DNA of 64,000 nt from Anthoceros angustus (lineage: Eukaryota > Plantae > Anthocerotophyta), in contig VJWM01000044.1 in assembly GCA_010909165.1 (NCBI GenBank), forward strand, positions 1,240,001 through 1,304,000, given 5' to 3'. Below, in pieces: positions 49,973 through 61,798 of this stretch. Numbering within the stretch: position 1 is the stretch's first letter; each line of letters begins with the position of its first letter. Position numbers and translations under genes: made by a program. The notes beneath the pieces are model-generated. The model was not told the origin of the DNA. It worked only from the letters and a program-made list of their open reading frames with translations, and did no database searches.

Positions 49973-52064
49973 ATGGAGGCCGAAAAGAGGGCTCCTGGGA
50001 TGAAGGGAGGGACTGCGGCAGCGGCGGGAGGCGACGACCGTATCAAGGGCCCCTGGTCTCCGGACGAGGACGCCATGCTCAATCAGCTGGTGGAGAAGGT
50101 CGGGCCGCGGAATTGGAGCCTTATCGCTAGAGGCATCCCTGGTCGGTCAGGGAAGTCTTGCCGGTTGAGGTGGTGCAACCAGCTAAATCCGGGAGTGAAG
50201 CGGAAGCCCTTCAGTGGTGAGTGAATGTGTGTATGTATGTGCCGCGGCTTGGCCTGGCTTGTGAGGATTGTTGTGTGCAGCGCTTGTGTGTGCTTGTCTG
50301 TCCTGTTGGTATCAAGAGGCTGGCGGCAGCAGCGGAGACACAGGTATGAGATTGATTCAGCTGTGCGGTGTGAATGGATCTAGGTCAATTGCAGTCCAGT
50401 TAGCTTGTCTGGTCTCATGTCCGTGCCGAATGCGCTCATGGTATGTGTCTGCCTTTCTTTGCATGAGCAGATTTGAAATACCAGTGCAATCTGAGGTGTG
50501 CTTGACTCTAGCGGGAAACCTTCTTGAAGGCGTGATACTTCTTCAGTGCATGTGAGACCTGGTTCATGTAAAAGTGGTTGCATGTTGGTGTGTGCCTCTG
50601 ATATCTCGTGTGCACCATGTTGTAGATTTTCTTTTACAGTCTGTAGCTGGCTCTAGTGTTGGTTGGTTCAAGAGCAGGGGTTTTATGAGATGGGAGGGGT
50701 GGCAATCTGCACCCAAGGAAGGGGTTTCCTTTTGTTTTACGTCTTTGTGGTGGCCAGAGTACAGCCAGAGTACAATGAGAGACCCGAGCTGGGCGGTTAC
50801 CTGCAGATGAGCTGATGGGTGTGGCCAGCCCTCGACTTTATCTTCTTTCTGTGGCTCCCTTGCGGCTGATACGTGTGTCATGTATTTGTGTTTCGCAGAA
50901 GAGGAAGACCGAGCTATCGTGGCAGCTCATTCCATTCATGGCAACAAGTGGGCCGCCATTGCTCGGATGCTCCCAGGGCGAACAGACAATGCAATCAAGA
51001 ACCACTGGAACTCCACTCTTCGCCGCAAATACATAGGGGATGACAGGGGTCAAAAGGAGGGTTCTTCAGATGGCTCAGATAGGTTAAAGGAGGAAATCAG
51101 TGACACGGATCGAAGCAAGTTGGGCAGGGATGACATGGATATGGATGATGTTGGTGATGATTCTGGCAATAAGGATGGAGGGGAGTATGAAGAAGACATG
51201 GCCATCTCCTCGGAAACCCCTCGAAATTCCTATTTCGAGTCAAAATTAAGGTCTGGGGTAAAAGGATCGAAACTAGGTGCAACGGACCAAGTAGGAAAGC
51301 CAAGTGCTATGGAAGAAGCCACACATGCTTGCCACATGACGGAAGCCATTGTCCGACCTATAGCCCGTCCCAGTGCATTCAGCAGCTACAGTGCTGTGGC
51401 AAGCAAACCTTCTTGCACAATGAAAGGTAGTGAGTATGGCAGGGACGAGTATGGGAATGGCTACAGTCCGTCCCTGTCACTTTTCCTCCCGTCCTGTGTA
51501 AATTTTGAGGAAGACTGCTCTTTGTTTGCCCCTCGTAATGCAACCATGAGTCCCCACTGGCGCTGGAACACACCGGAGGTTCCAAGCCATTGTGGCAGGG
51601 GCTGTTGTCCTCCTCAGCTCTATGGAACGCAAGGGGAGAATTCCATCTCTCCCAAAGGTCCACTGATGGGCCCTGACTATGTGGAATTTGCAGAAGATTA
51701 TTTTCCTACTTCAAGTGGATTCTCAAATCTCTCTGTCTACAGTGACATGCTAGGTGTAGGTGGAGCAGGTGCTGGAGGTGGATGTGGATCTCCAGCTTCT
51801 GAGATGCTTTCTTCTGCTATCAACTCTGCTGTTGCACAGATGATGCTGCCAATGTTTCATGCACAGATGCAACAGCACCAGCAGCAGGAGCAGCAGGGAG
51901 GTGGAGATAGCTGGCCTGGTGGCATAGACACAGGGGGAAATCAATCTTGCAACAGCGACCTCGTCAGTTTGATGAGGGGCATTGTTGCTAGGCAGATATC
52001 TCTCTACACCTCAGCTGCTGTTATGGCCCAGAAAACTTCCGAGCAGCAGGACAATAAGCAGTGA
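49973..52064 (+). CDS. R2R3-MYB transcription factor, AtMYB1/25/109-like (subgroup 23), 2 exons (intron 50217-50898)
   Basis: [11 protein letters not shown]...[33 protein letters not shown]|EEEDRAIV...[29 protein letters not shown]; downstream PIARPSAF motif. Confidence 0.93.
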
Positions 52065-52717
52065 TCTATACCACGAGAGATCACCAGTTGACCCTCTGAT
52101 ACTGTCAAAGGTACTGCGGTGCATGTGGTTTATGGTTGGACACTAAGGGAGGACTGTGGTCTTATGGCTGCTTTCGTATCCTTGGTACGATCCTCTGAAA
52201 CGTAAGCTACTCCCGCTTTAGTACCGTGGGACCTCGTAAACGTTAACCTTAAAGACCTCCCTTCCCGTTCCTGTTGCTAGCCATTGAAATTTGCAGGGGC
52301 ATAAGATAAGGATGGTCTTGTGGATGCACTCGTAACGTTGGTACGCTTCTTTCAGATGTAACTTCCAAACTTCAACCTTAACATCTATTCCCTCTCGGTG
52401 ATATCTGTTGCTAGCCATTGAAATTTGCATGGCTAGAAAGACTGGCTGCCTCACAGAACGCTAACTTGGTGATTAGGATTGTAACATACGACATTCTGAT
52501 GTTTTGTGGAAACTCGTTCGCAGTCACTTTGTATAGTGTACCGTTTTGAGTTGTGGAGTCCCGTGCCTTTTCCGATGTATCCATTCATTGTATGAATATG
52601 TGGACAGACGAGCATACGCTTGAAAATAAACCTTACATCGCGGTCTGTGGTGCAGGGACTTGCTTTAGCCCTGTTCGAGTGTTTTCTCAAGGCACTTTTC
52701 TTTTCTTCTTTGCTGCG

Positions 52718-55700
52718 GACGATTATGGAATACCGATCTTGTCACTAAGCCGGGTGTGTGTGACAAGTTTTTTTCTATTGTACACGAAGATGCCTGCGCA
52801 TCTTCAAGATCCCTTCATCACATACGCACCACATCAGCGGACGACGGGCCGTAGGCGCCACAAAGTTTTTTTGTCTCGGAACTTGCCGCCTCGTGTTCCG
52901 ATCTCGTCATCCACTTTTCTTTCTGCCATTTAGGGTTTCTGTCAAACTCATGTTTAGGGTTTTCCTGCACCACACATGGACATATATATCGGATCGGACA
53001 TGTCTCGGCCCCGGTGGAAGCCAGGCGACTATGGGCATGCTAGTCGTTCAAGACTGCGTTTCCCTTTCACCGTTGCGGGTGGCCCCGGATGTTAGCCTCG
53101 AACATGTTTGATCCGGTGTTTTCCCCATCGTGCATCTGGTGTGCGTGCCAAACAAGGTGGCCATCGAAGGTGATGTCTACAGATGCTAATCGTGCAAACC
53201 TTCCTCCCTCTCGCCACTTGTCGTTTGAAACCGAACACGACTGCGGGAAGGAAACCCGTGCAATGCTGGCATTACAGATCTGAAGGTGCTTCACAGTCTC
53301 CCCTCATCAACATCATCAAACAGGGCAATGTCACTACAAATCCACTTCAAGTCCTACCAGACACCTGCCAGAACTGCCGCATGCCGCCATTCAACCAAAA
53401 ACACATTCGAACATAGTCTGCGCTCACACCTCATGGTGGGAGCGCTCGCAAATAGAAAAACACATCTCCCTACGCCCCAGTCAGTCCCGGAAGAGGCTCA
53501 GAGCAGGCCCTCCCTCCTCCTGTGCTTCGGAACTTGGCTCCTCCTCGGGCAGACTTGCGTTCACCCCCTGTGCTGCCTGATGGGGAGGGGCCGAATGTCC
53601 CTCCGAACCGGACATGGGAGGTGCACCCGGTTGTGCCATGGCAGGGCCAGGTGTAGCAGCCTATCCCTATGAGGTTGGGGGGGAAGCCAGGTGCATCCCC
53701 GGCACGAATGGGAAGGGTGGGGGACCCCGGAAACTGGAAGGCGTGGTCGGGAGGACAGTAGCCAGAGAGGGAGGTTGTCCACCAGCAGCAAACATGCCTG
53801 CAGATTGGCCGGATGCCATGGAGGATGCGACCATTGCTGCGTTCATGTACTCCATGAACGCAGCTGCTGTTGCATTTCCCACTGGCTGCGTTGTCGGCCT
53901 GGTCGTGGGGGTCCAATCCATCACTCCCTCCATGTCGGTGCAGTGGACCCTCAGGTTGCGCACCTTCTCCACCACTTCAAGAAGGAGGCTGATGGCGCCC
54001 GTCATGGCTGCGTCGATTGCAACTGCAGTCGACTTCGTCGTTCCTACCATACCCCGGAGCTCCATTGGAGCTGGAGGCTCGTCCTTGTTGCGGCCTTGGG
54101 AGGTGGCCCCCTCCCCACTAGTGCTGGCCCCATTCATGCCTCGCCGCACCGGGGTTCGCCCTCGGCACTCTGCTGCTGCATGTTCGCCGCCGCGCCGGGT
54201 GCCCGCCCCCCCACCCGGTGCACCCTCTTCCTCTTAGTCTGGCGGCAGCCTCGAGCTCAACAATGAGCTCGGCCAGCTCTTCCCTCAGCCTTGCTGCCTC
54301 CTCCGCTCCGCACCTTCGCCGCCCCAATCTCCGTTCGATCTTCTGACGGCGCTCCATGTCCGTATAGCGGATGCGGACGAAGTTCCCATTTTTATCGTAG
54401 ATGACCCTGAAGTGCCTGGTCTCTTCCACTCCATCCACACCTGAAAACCCAACTTGCAAACATGAGTAGCAGCCATGGCAAAGTTCACCACTTGCAAACA
54501 TCATTAGGAGCCATAACAAAGAGAACTGCAGCCACCAGCATTGGCAACCCCATTGTAGTCACGGAGGATTGTGCTCGTTCACTTACCATCGGAGTCTTCC
54601 GATTGTTGTCGCGCTCTCCCTCGCCTTCGCTGACCCGTTGACCACTACATGGTGCCAGCGTGAGGGCTTGTGGCCCAGATTTGAGGCCCTTCCGGAAGTG
54701 AGCTGGGTGTAGGCTGCAGAAAAGTGTTTTTTGCGCTCCCACCATGACCTGGGAGCGCTGACAATGTGGATTTCTTTGTTCTGTCCTTTTGAGACGTGAG
54801 CCCAGTGGGGGTTTCTTGTGGTCGAATGTAAAGTCTGCTTGTGTGAATATGTTGTGGGCTATCGCGCGAGGCCTGTATGGCTGCGAAATGCAATCGCATG
54901 ACGCCTGGATGGCTGCGATAGCCAGGCGTGCGAGGCGTACATGGCGCCTCCAGGCTATCAGCCACAAAGGCCTGTATGGCTGCGAAAGGCAGTGGCGCTC
55001 GGCGTGGATGGCTCCTCCACGCTATCTGCCATAAAGGCCTAGTGACGGTTTCCTTATGGCAAACTGACGGGCAGATGGGGTCATGCGAATGGATGTGCGA
55101 TGGCCCATGTTCTGACAGCCCTAAAAAAGAAAACCTTGTGTGTCACAACCTAAAAAGAATCTTCACACACACACCACAGGCTTATTGATGAGATCGGGAC
55201 ACGAGGGCAGGCGCCCACGGCCGATGTCGTCAAGTGTGTGACACTAGAAGTTTTCCTGCCGCATAAACTTCTTTTGTCACCATCGAAAATACCCTAAAGG
55301 GCTTTCTGACGAGATCGGTATTCCATAGAGGACCAACTCACCCGCGTCCATATAGAATACCGATCTGGTCACACGGGAGTGTGTGTGTGACTTTCTTTTT
55401 TTTGTCGGTGTATGCTACGAGAATATATCACGACACCTTTTAGATACTTACATATAATACACGTATAATACGTGCCACATCAGCTTCACGGGGTTCGTAC
55501 GCAAGGAAAAAACATTCTATCACACGTTCATCGGCCTGGTGTTCCGATGGTGTCATGCAGATCTTTTCTTGTTAAGGGTTTTAGGGTTTGCATCGGATCA
55601 GCACACATACATGTGAAACAGGCGGGCAACACATACATACAGGAATTTTTGTTCGCGAGTATGGCCCGCGTTGGCCGAGAAAGTGAATGCAAATCCTCCG

Positions 55701-57254
55701 CTTATACATGTTGCTTTCACTGTATGTGCAGGAAGGACAGGATGTGGGAGCAGTCCCTTTCACTGCTATGTGAAACTGCACCCCCGTAGGCAGCAGGCGC
55801 AGGAAACGTTGCAACCCCTTATGCAGCCAGTGCCAAACACTGCAGTCTTGCACGTAAGGGCAACGCACTTTCGGCCGCAAGCGGAGCGATGATGCGGTAT
55901 GCACCATTGCATCGTAGCGGCGCTAACGCAACCGCTGACAACCCTAACAAATTGTGGATGCCGCGGTCGCGGACATGGTATGTTGCTTGCTACAATGGCG
56001 CGGTAACGCAAATGACCTCAACGCAACCGTAACCCCAAAAGAAGAAAAGTTTCTGTGTGTCATGGAGTCATTTTGTGTATCATGTGATAGGTTGACCACA
56101 TCGAGACACCGGGGGGCCGCAGCTCCAACCGATGTGGTCATGCATGACATGCCAAAATAGTTCCGCCGTATGCATCCACAACCTAAAAATGTGGATGCCG
56201 TGGCGGAGATCGGTATTCCATAGAGGACCAACTCACCAAGGTCCATATAGAATACCGATCCGTCACACGGTCACGGAGTGTGTGTGTGACTTTCTTTTTT
56301 TGCTCTGTATGCTACGAGAATATATCACGACACCTTTTAGATACTTACATATAATACACGATAATACGTGCCACATCGACTTCACGGGTTCGTGCATGAA
56401 AAACATTCTATCACACGTTCATCGGCTGGTGTTGGCTGGTGTCATGCATCTTTTCTTGTTAAGGGTTTTAGGGTTTGCATCGGATCAAGACACATACATG
56501 TGAAACAAAGGGCACATACAGAATTTTTGTTCGCGAGTATGGCCCGCGTTGGCGAAAGTGAATGCAAATCCTCCGCTTATACATGTTGCTTTCACTGTAT
56601 GTGCAGGAAGGACAGGATGTGGGAGCAGTCCCTTTCACTGCTATGTGAAATCGCACCCGTAGGCGCGGTAGAAACGCGTTGCAACCCCTTATGCAGCCAG
56701 TGCCAAACACTGCAGTCTTGCACGTAAGGGCAACGCATCACCACAACAAAGCGGAGACGATGACTGCAGCGCAAACGCCATTGCATACCGTAAGCGCGCT
56801 AACGCAACCGACAACCCTGGTGGATGCGCGGTCGCGACATGGTATGTTGCTTGCTACAATGGCGTAACGCAAATGACCTCAACGCAACCGTAACCCCAAA
56901 AGAAGAAAAGTTTCTGTGTGTCATGGAGTCATTTTGTGTATCATGTGATAGGTTGACCACATCGAGACACCGGGGGGCCGCAGCTCCAACCGATGTGGTC
57001 ATGCATGACATGCCAAAATAGTTCCGCCGTATGCATCCACAACCCTAAAAAAATGTGGATGCCGTGTGACCAGATCGGTATTCCATAGGTTGACGACATC
57101 GGGACACGGGACACCGGGAGGCCGCAGCCCCAACCGATATGGTCATGCATGATGTACCGAAATAGTTCCGCCATATGCGATGGGACTATTTCTTTCTGTC
57201 CACAACCCTAAAAAAATGTGGATGCCGCGTGACCAGATCGGTATTCCATAGTCC
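52718..57254. mobile_element. Cluster of non-autonomous TIR elements sharing the terminal motif TATGGAATACCGATCT(G/T)GTCAC
   Basis: Left-type motif at ~52724, 55351 and 56246; right-type (GATCGGTATTCCATAG) at ~55313, 56208, 57073 and 57236. Degenerate ORFs lie at 53470-54519 (-). Confidence 0.6.
55310..57090. repeat. ~0.87-kb tandem duplication (~55310-56205 vs ~56205-57090)
   Basis: Colinear near-identity with many small indels. Confidence 0.85.
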
Positions 57255-58317
57255 AATACCTAGTTGGTAACGACTTTCATTATTGACATTAAAGTTAGAA
57301 TAACACATAAAATGCTCCACTCTATACTGTAGTATAAAAATAACATGCGCGGATGGCCATAAGGAGACAGTTTGGCGGAAACTGACGGTCCCTCTGACTT
57401 CCGCGTTCCGGCGAGACGATGTGGTCTCGAGCTCTGGCACACGGGCCGTCAAACATGTAAGGAGGCCTTGCGATGTGAAATAATTTATTAATCACCATTT
57501 GCCAACTACGAGATGGGACTGCACACCATGCATTTCTCGCTCGAAACTAACTGCATTCCTCAAGCATTGGGAATGCACAGCATTACGTATCTGCACCTCA
57601 ACCCAAGGGAAGAAGAACGCGTGATTCCAGAATGCAATTTCACATTCAACGACCAGGCACAAATTCTGATGCTTTCCGCGACAGGAACTCTCGAAAGGCG
57701 GACTGTGCTACTATGTTCCGGAAGGCGACTGACCTTGACCCGCTTTGCCAATCACGGACAATGACGAGGAAGAATTCGCAAATTTGATGCAGCATGTCTC
57801 GCATGCGCACTTTTTGGTGCAGCATTGTGCCAAAGCAATGGAAGACGAAATGAGGCAGCCAGGAGGAGATAGCGATGCTGCTGGAGCTGCTGTCGTTGTT
57901 GCCACCGTGGCACCAGCGGCCTAGGAGGCGGCCTCGCCTCTACGTGGCAAACCCGGCTGCTGCTGGGACCGTCACACTGCAGCACTCACTTAGGGAGCCT
58001 GATTATAGGTCCCTCAATGGTCGACGTAGAGGCAGTTCAGCCAACTACAGGCCTTTCCTGTTTCCACACGCGGCACCAAGCGTCCACTCAACTTATTAGT
58101 AGTTGTCTTTCAAGCTGGATGTGCTTTCAATGATGGAAACTATCGGATCCAAAACACTGTGGGGATGCAGCACTGAGGTCGTGTGTACCTGAATACAAAA
58201 ATCTACGGGCACTGAATCCGACAAGTTAAGTTGCCACCATCCGCAGGGTCTTCAGTACGGGAGATCTTACAGGCGTACATCTGCACAGTAAATATGCCGC
58301 TTCAGAGGAGAGGCCCA

Positions 58318-60075
58318 TTATCCCTGCATGTCCCTAATAAACTGGGTGTACTGAAGGAGCCCCTCCCGCAACATGTCTCCACTTGCCTCCTCCGGATGCA
58401 ATGTATGGGGCCTTGCCTGTTCAATACCATGATGTGCAGACTGACTCCTGCCAAAATCCTGATCCACTCCAGCAACGTCTAACTCTTTCGAGTCCAACAA
58501 TACATTGTGTAAGCACATGCACGCGGTGATCACCTTTGGAAGGTAGCCGGCAGCCAGACGACTGGGGCGTGCAAGCTCCTGGAATGTTCTCTTCAACACA
58601 AAGAAGGCTTGGTCAATCAAGACCCGACACTGATTGACTCGGTTGTTGAAGTCCTTCTCATCTTCTGTCAAAGACCTCCTCCCATAGTGCTTAAATGGGG
58701 TGATCAACCACTCTAAGTTGGGAAAAGAGTTATCACCCAACAAGTAGCTATGAAGCAGCACACCAGAAGGAAAAGTATTCGGTCGGTCATCAAAGATAAG
58801 ATGGTTGTTGGCCATTTTCCATAGGACAGAGCTTCTTAAAACTTTACTGTCGTGACCATACCCAGGCATACTTACAAACACATCTGTGAATCTCAAATTG
58901 TGATCACATACAGCTTGGACTGTGTGGCTGATAGTCTGCTTCCTGCACTTACGACCCTGTCCGCTCAAGGAAGGCTGCATAATGGAAACATGGGAGCTCC
59001 CAATGCACCCGATGCAGTTCGGTAACCCTGTCCGACTGTGGATGTTGTCCATAATCTCATGCATGTACTGTCCTGAAGGCCACAAAAACTTCTGGCCAAA
59101 GACTTTGACAATGGCAGGAATGATTTCCCTCATGATATCATACACAGTAGCCTTCCCAATGTTAAATGCTTCCGAAGTTTTGGCCAACGTAGATCCATTT
59201 ACCAGCTTGTAAATACATGCAGCCACCTTCAGTTCCACACAGATAGGCTTCTTAAAATTCGTCATCTGCTTAGTGCAATGTGGCCTTAATGCCTCCATGA
59301 TAAAATTGAAGGTACCGATGGACATCCTCAAGTTCTCGATGCACTTTTCATCGTTGCAAATCCCCATCTGATAGTCGTGAAACCAATCCATACCTTTCCG
59401 AGCGCTCCCCGGATCCTCCCCGTTTCTCGCAAGAGCTAGCAGTAGACTGTTGAGGTTTATCTGGTACATGGACACGATGGGCAACAGCCGGGAATACTCA
59501 TCATCCTCTTCATCGCTAACCCTCCTACTGTCATCATCGAGCTCCAGCAGCAGATGCTGCGTTGCGCTATCCTCCCTCTTTCGTTTTTTCCCACTCCACA
59601 CTGCGGGCAGCAAGGAAATAATTTGCTGCAACACTATAACTACCAATCCCAAAAGAACACCCAGTTGCTGGTCCGTTGTGGTCCCATCAGTCGGAGACTC
59701 AGCCATGCCATCAGCTGCTTGAGGCATTCCTGCGGAAAAAGCTCCGCAAAGCCGTGCAATCTCCTGAGACGCAGACGATCCCACAGCATCCATTTCCTTT
59801 GCCGCGAAGTTGACGTCATTGGAGTCCCCTCTCAAAAGCTGTTCGATTTCGTCTGGAATAGAATAGAAGTCACTGGATACAGGCTGAGCACTTGCTGTGG
59901 CAGCGGCTCCCTCCACAGCAAGAAGGGCTGAGTTCTGGTCGCCGTAGTGGGGAATCCGTTCCGCCACAGTGTCTGTCTGCAATCTCAACGTCGGTTCCAC
60001 ACGTCCCGCCAAGACAGCTACCAAGTGAGAGCACTCTCCCTCAAAATGGACACCGGAATGCTGGAAGCTGTCCAT
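58318..60075 (-). CDS. Harbinger transposase-derived protein (HARBI1/ALP1-like, DDE_Tnp_4), intact intronless 585-aa ORF
   Basis: ENLRMSIGTFNFI; ICVELKVAACIYKL + HTH (FNIGKATV); GLPNCIGCIGSSH; QAVCDHNLRFTDVFVSMPG..HD; YLLGDNSFP; WLITPF; FN...RVLIDQAF; ITACMCLHN. Confidence 0.9.
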   Translation of the reverse strand: MDSFQHSGVHFEGECSHLVAVLAGRVEPTLRLQTDTVAERIPHYGDQNSALLAVEGAAATASAQPVSSDFYSIPDEIEQLLRGDSNDVNFAAKEMDAVGSSASQEIARLCGAFSAGMPQAADGMAESPTDGTTTDQQLGVLLGLVVIVLQQIISLLPAVWSGKKRKREDSATQHLLLELDDDSRRVSDEEDDEYSRLLPIVSMYQINLNSLLLALARNGEDPGSARKGMDWFHDYQMGICNDEKCIENLRMSIGTFNFIMEALRPHCTKQMTNFKKPICVELKVAACIYKLVNGSTLAKTSEAFNIGKATVYDIMREIIPAIVKVFGQKFLWPSGQYMHEIMDNIHSRTGLPNCIGCIGSSHVSIMQPSLSGQGRKCRKQTISHTVQAVCDHNLRFTDVFVSMPGYGHDSKVLRSSVLWKMANNHLIFDDRPNTFPSGVLLHSYLLGDNSFPNLEWLITPFKHYGRRSLTEDEKDFNNRVNQCRVLIDQAFFVLKRTFQELARPSRLAAGYLPKVITACMCLHNVLLDSKELDVAGVDQDFGRSQSAHHGIEQARPHTLHPEEASGDMLREGLLQYTQFIRDMQG

Positions 60076-60472
60076 ACCGTGTCATGCATGCCTATCCTCA
60101 ACTCTCCTAAGATCTTGTCTGTAGTACTCCCGGCATGCTTCCCGGCACGGTGTACCCTATGTTCAAAGACAATTGCGGAACCGATGTTCCAGCTGACGGC
60201 ATCATCCTACCGGCTTAGGCATCTACAAGTTTGGGATTCTCCTCCAGACCTGTTGTTACTCCATCCAAGAGCAGGCCATTCTTCAACATCCCTGCCCTCG
60301 GCCTCCGAATCCGCGCTTCACCTCACAGCACTGCTCACACTCGGTTGGCTCCTGAAGATCTGACTCCTCCCTTCAAAGTGAAAAGCGTTTTCTTGTTCAA
60401 AAATTCAAGCCTACAACGACTTAAGTAGTCCCTACCGCAGTGGATAGTTGATATAGGTACAAGGTAGGTAGA

Positions 60473-60646
60473 CGAAGAAGAAGAAGAATTTTATTTAAGT
60501 CCACTATCCATGGTACTTAACAACTTGTACCATGGTGTGTCTAAGCTACTTGCACCAAGGGCATTCACTCCCTTTAGGCACTCTATCTAAGTACCCATCT
60601 AAGCTCAGGATGCTTAATCACGGCGTTCTTATAAATGTGTGTCCAT
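60473..60646 (-). mobile_element. Retroposon 3'-end fragment with (TTC)n tail, copy 2
   Basis: Homologous to 47585-47762. Confidence 0.6.
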
Positions 60647-61044
60647 TTGGCCTAAGCCATTTGGACCACTGGGCGCCCCACTGCCTGATGGATTTTTCTT
60701 TCTGAAGGCTATAAGGTAAGAGTAAATTAAATTCTAAAATTAAGCACCTATAGAGGAGAAGCAATCCGAATCCCATAAGATAGCTTTATGTTTCAAGACG
60801 GGTTGACAAGGAAGTCCCAAAATCGGCTGTGGAATGCCCTGGTAGATGGCCAAGGAAGACAATGAGACAGCTGGGGAAGACAATGGTTGCAGGACAACAT
60901 GTATGACAATGGTCCTACTTTAGATTGCATGGTCACTACAAGTCAAGGGAATATCAAAAGATGAAAATATAAAAACCAAAAAAGGGAAGCAACCACATAG
61001 TAATATTAACTAGTTTGGGGATGATCTATGGTATTACATGGTAG

Positions 61045-61175
61045 ACATATAGAGGATAGGCTGTTGTAGGTAGCACTACATTACGAGCCCAGTGTGCATA
61101 TGAAGGATAGGTCATGGTAGCTAGCACTTCATCGTGAACGGAGTGTGCATATAGAGGACAGGCCATAGTAGCTAG
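61045..61175. repeat. ~51-bp tandem repeat, ~2.5 copies
   Basis: CATAT(A/G)(G/A)AGGA(T/C)AGG...TAG(G/C)TAG recurs at ~61046, 61097 and 61148. Confidence 0.6.
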
Positions 61176-61798
61176 GAGAACATAGGTGTGAGTTTGGTTG
61201 TACTAAATGGCAAGACTTTCCACTAAGCATATTGTCATCTAAATTGAACTAATTGGGCTCTCATTAAAACATAGTTTGCACGTACATATTAATTTTCTGA
61301 TCGCAAGAAGACGACAAACATTCGGATGTGCAACAACCATTGATCTATATAGAACCAAGTGATAACCTTGGAGAAGTTTGCTACCCACTCTTTCCATTGC
61401 GAAATGAAGTGGATTGCTTTATGCTTCTTGTGTGTACTTCTCAAATGGAGTCACAAATGAACTCATTGGAAAGAACGTTACAAGGTTATTCATAAAATTA
61501 TTTTAATAATTATGTATGTTGATTATTTATTTAAAATATTTAATAAAATTAAATCTTTAACTACCAGTTAGATATAATTTTTTAAATATTTGTTTTTCAA
61601 AATTTACGAATTGAATTGAGAGGCCCACTAGATCTACATATTTATATAGAACTTTGTTCCTTAATCGATTTTCTTCAATAAATATTATCTAAACTTTGCA
61701 CATATCAAAATCACCCTCCCTGTGGGGCCCACCATTTAGGGTACCGCATTCTGGCCCACCAGCAGTGGGTATTACTGTATTGGGTACACCGTATCAGG

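Noticed and set aside
49973-52064. MYB gene as part of a Harbinger element
   Set aside because: It is a canonical host R2R3-MYB, not the transposon-type Myb/SANT protein.
52270-52430. 25-bp direct repeat CTGTTGCTAGCCATTGAAATTTGCA
   Set aside because: Only two copies in the MYB 3' region, with no evidence of function.
53470-54519. Minus-strand ORFs as the Myb/SANT partner of the Harbinger protein
   Set aside because: No Trp-spaced Myb/trihelix signature is visible; the ORFs are fragmented and low-complexity.
57513-58099. Possible transposase relic
   Set aside because: Coding-like stretches are present but there is no diagnostic motif.
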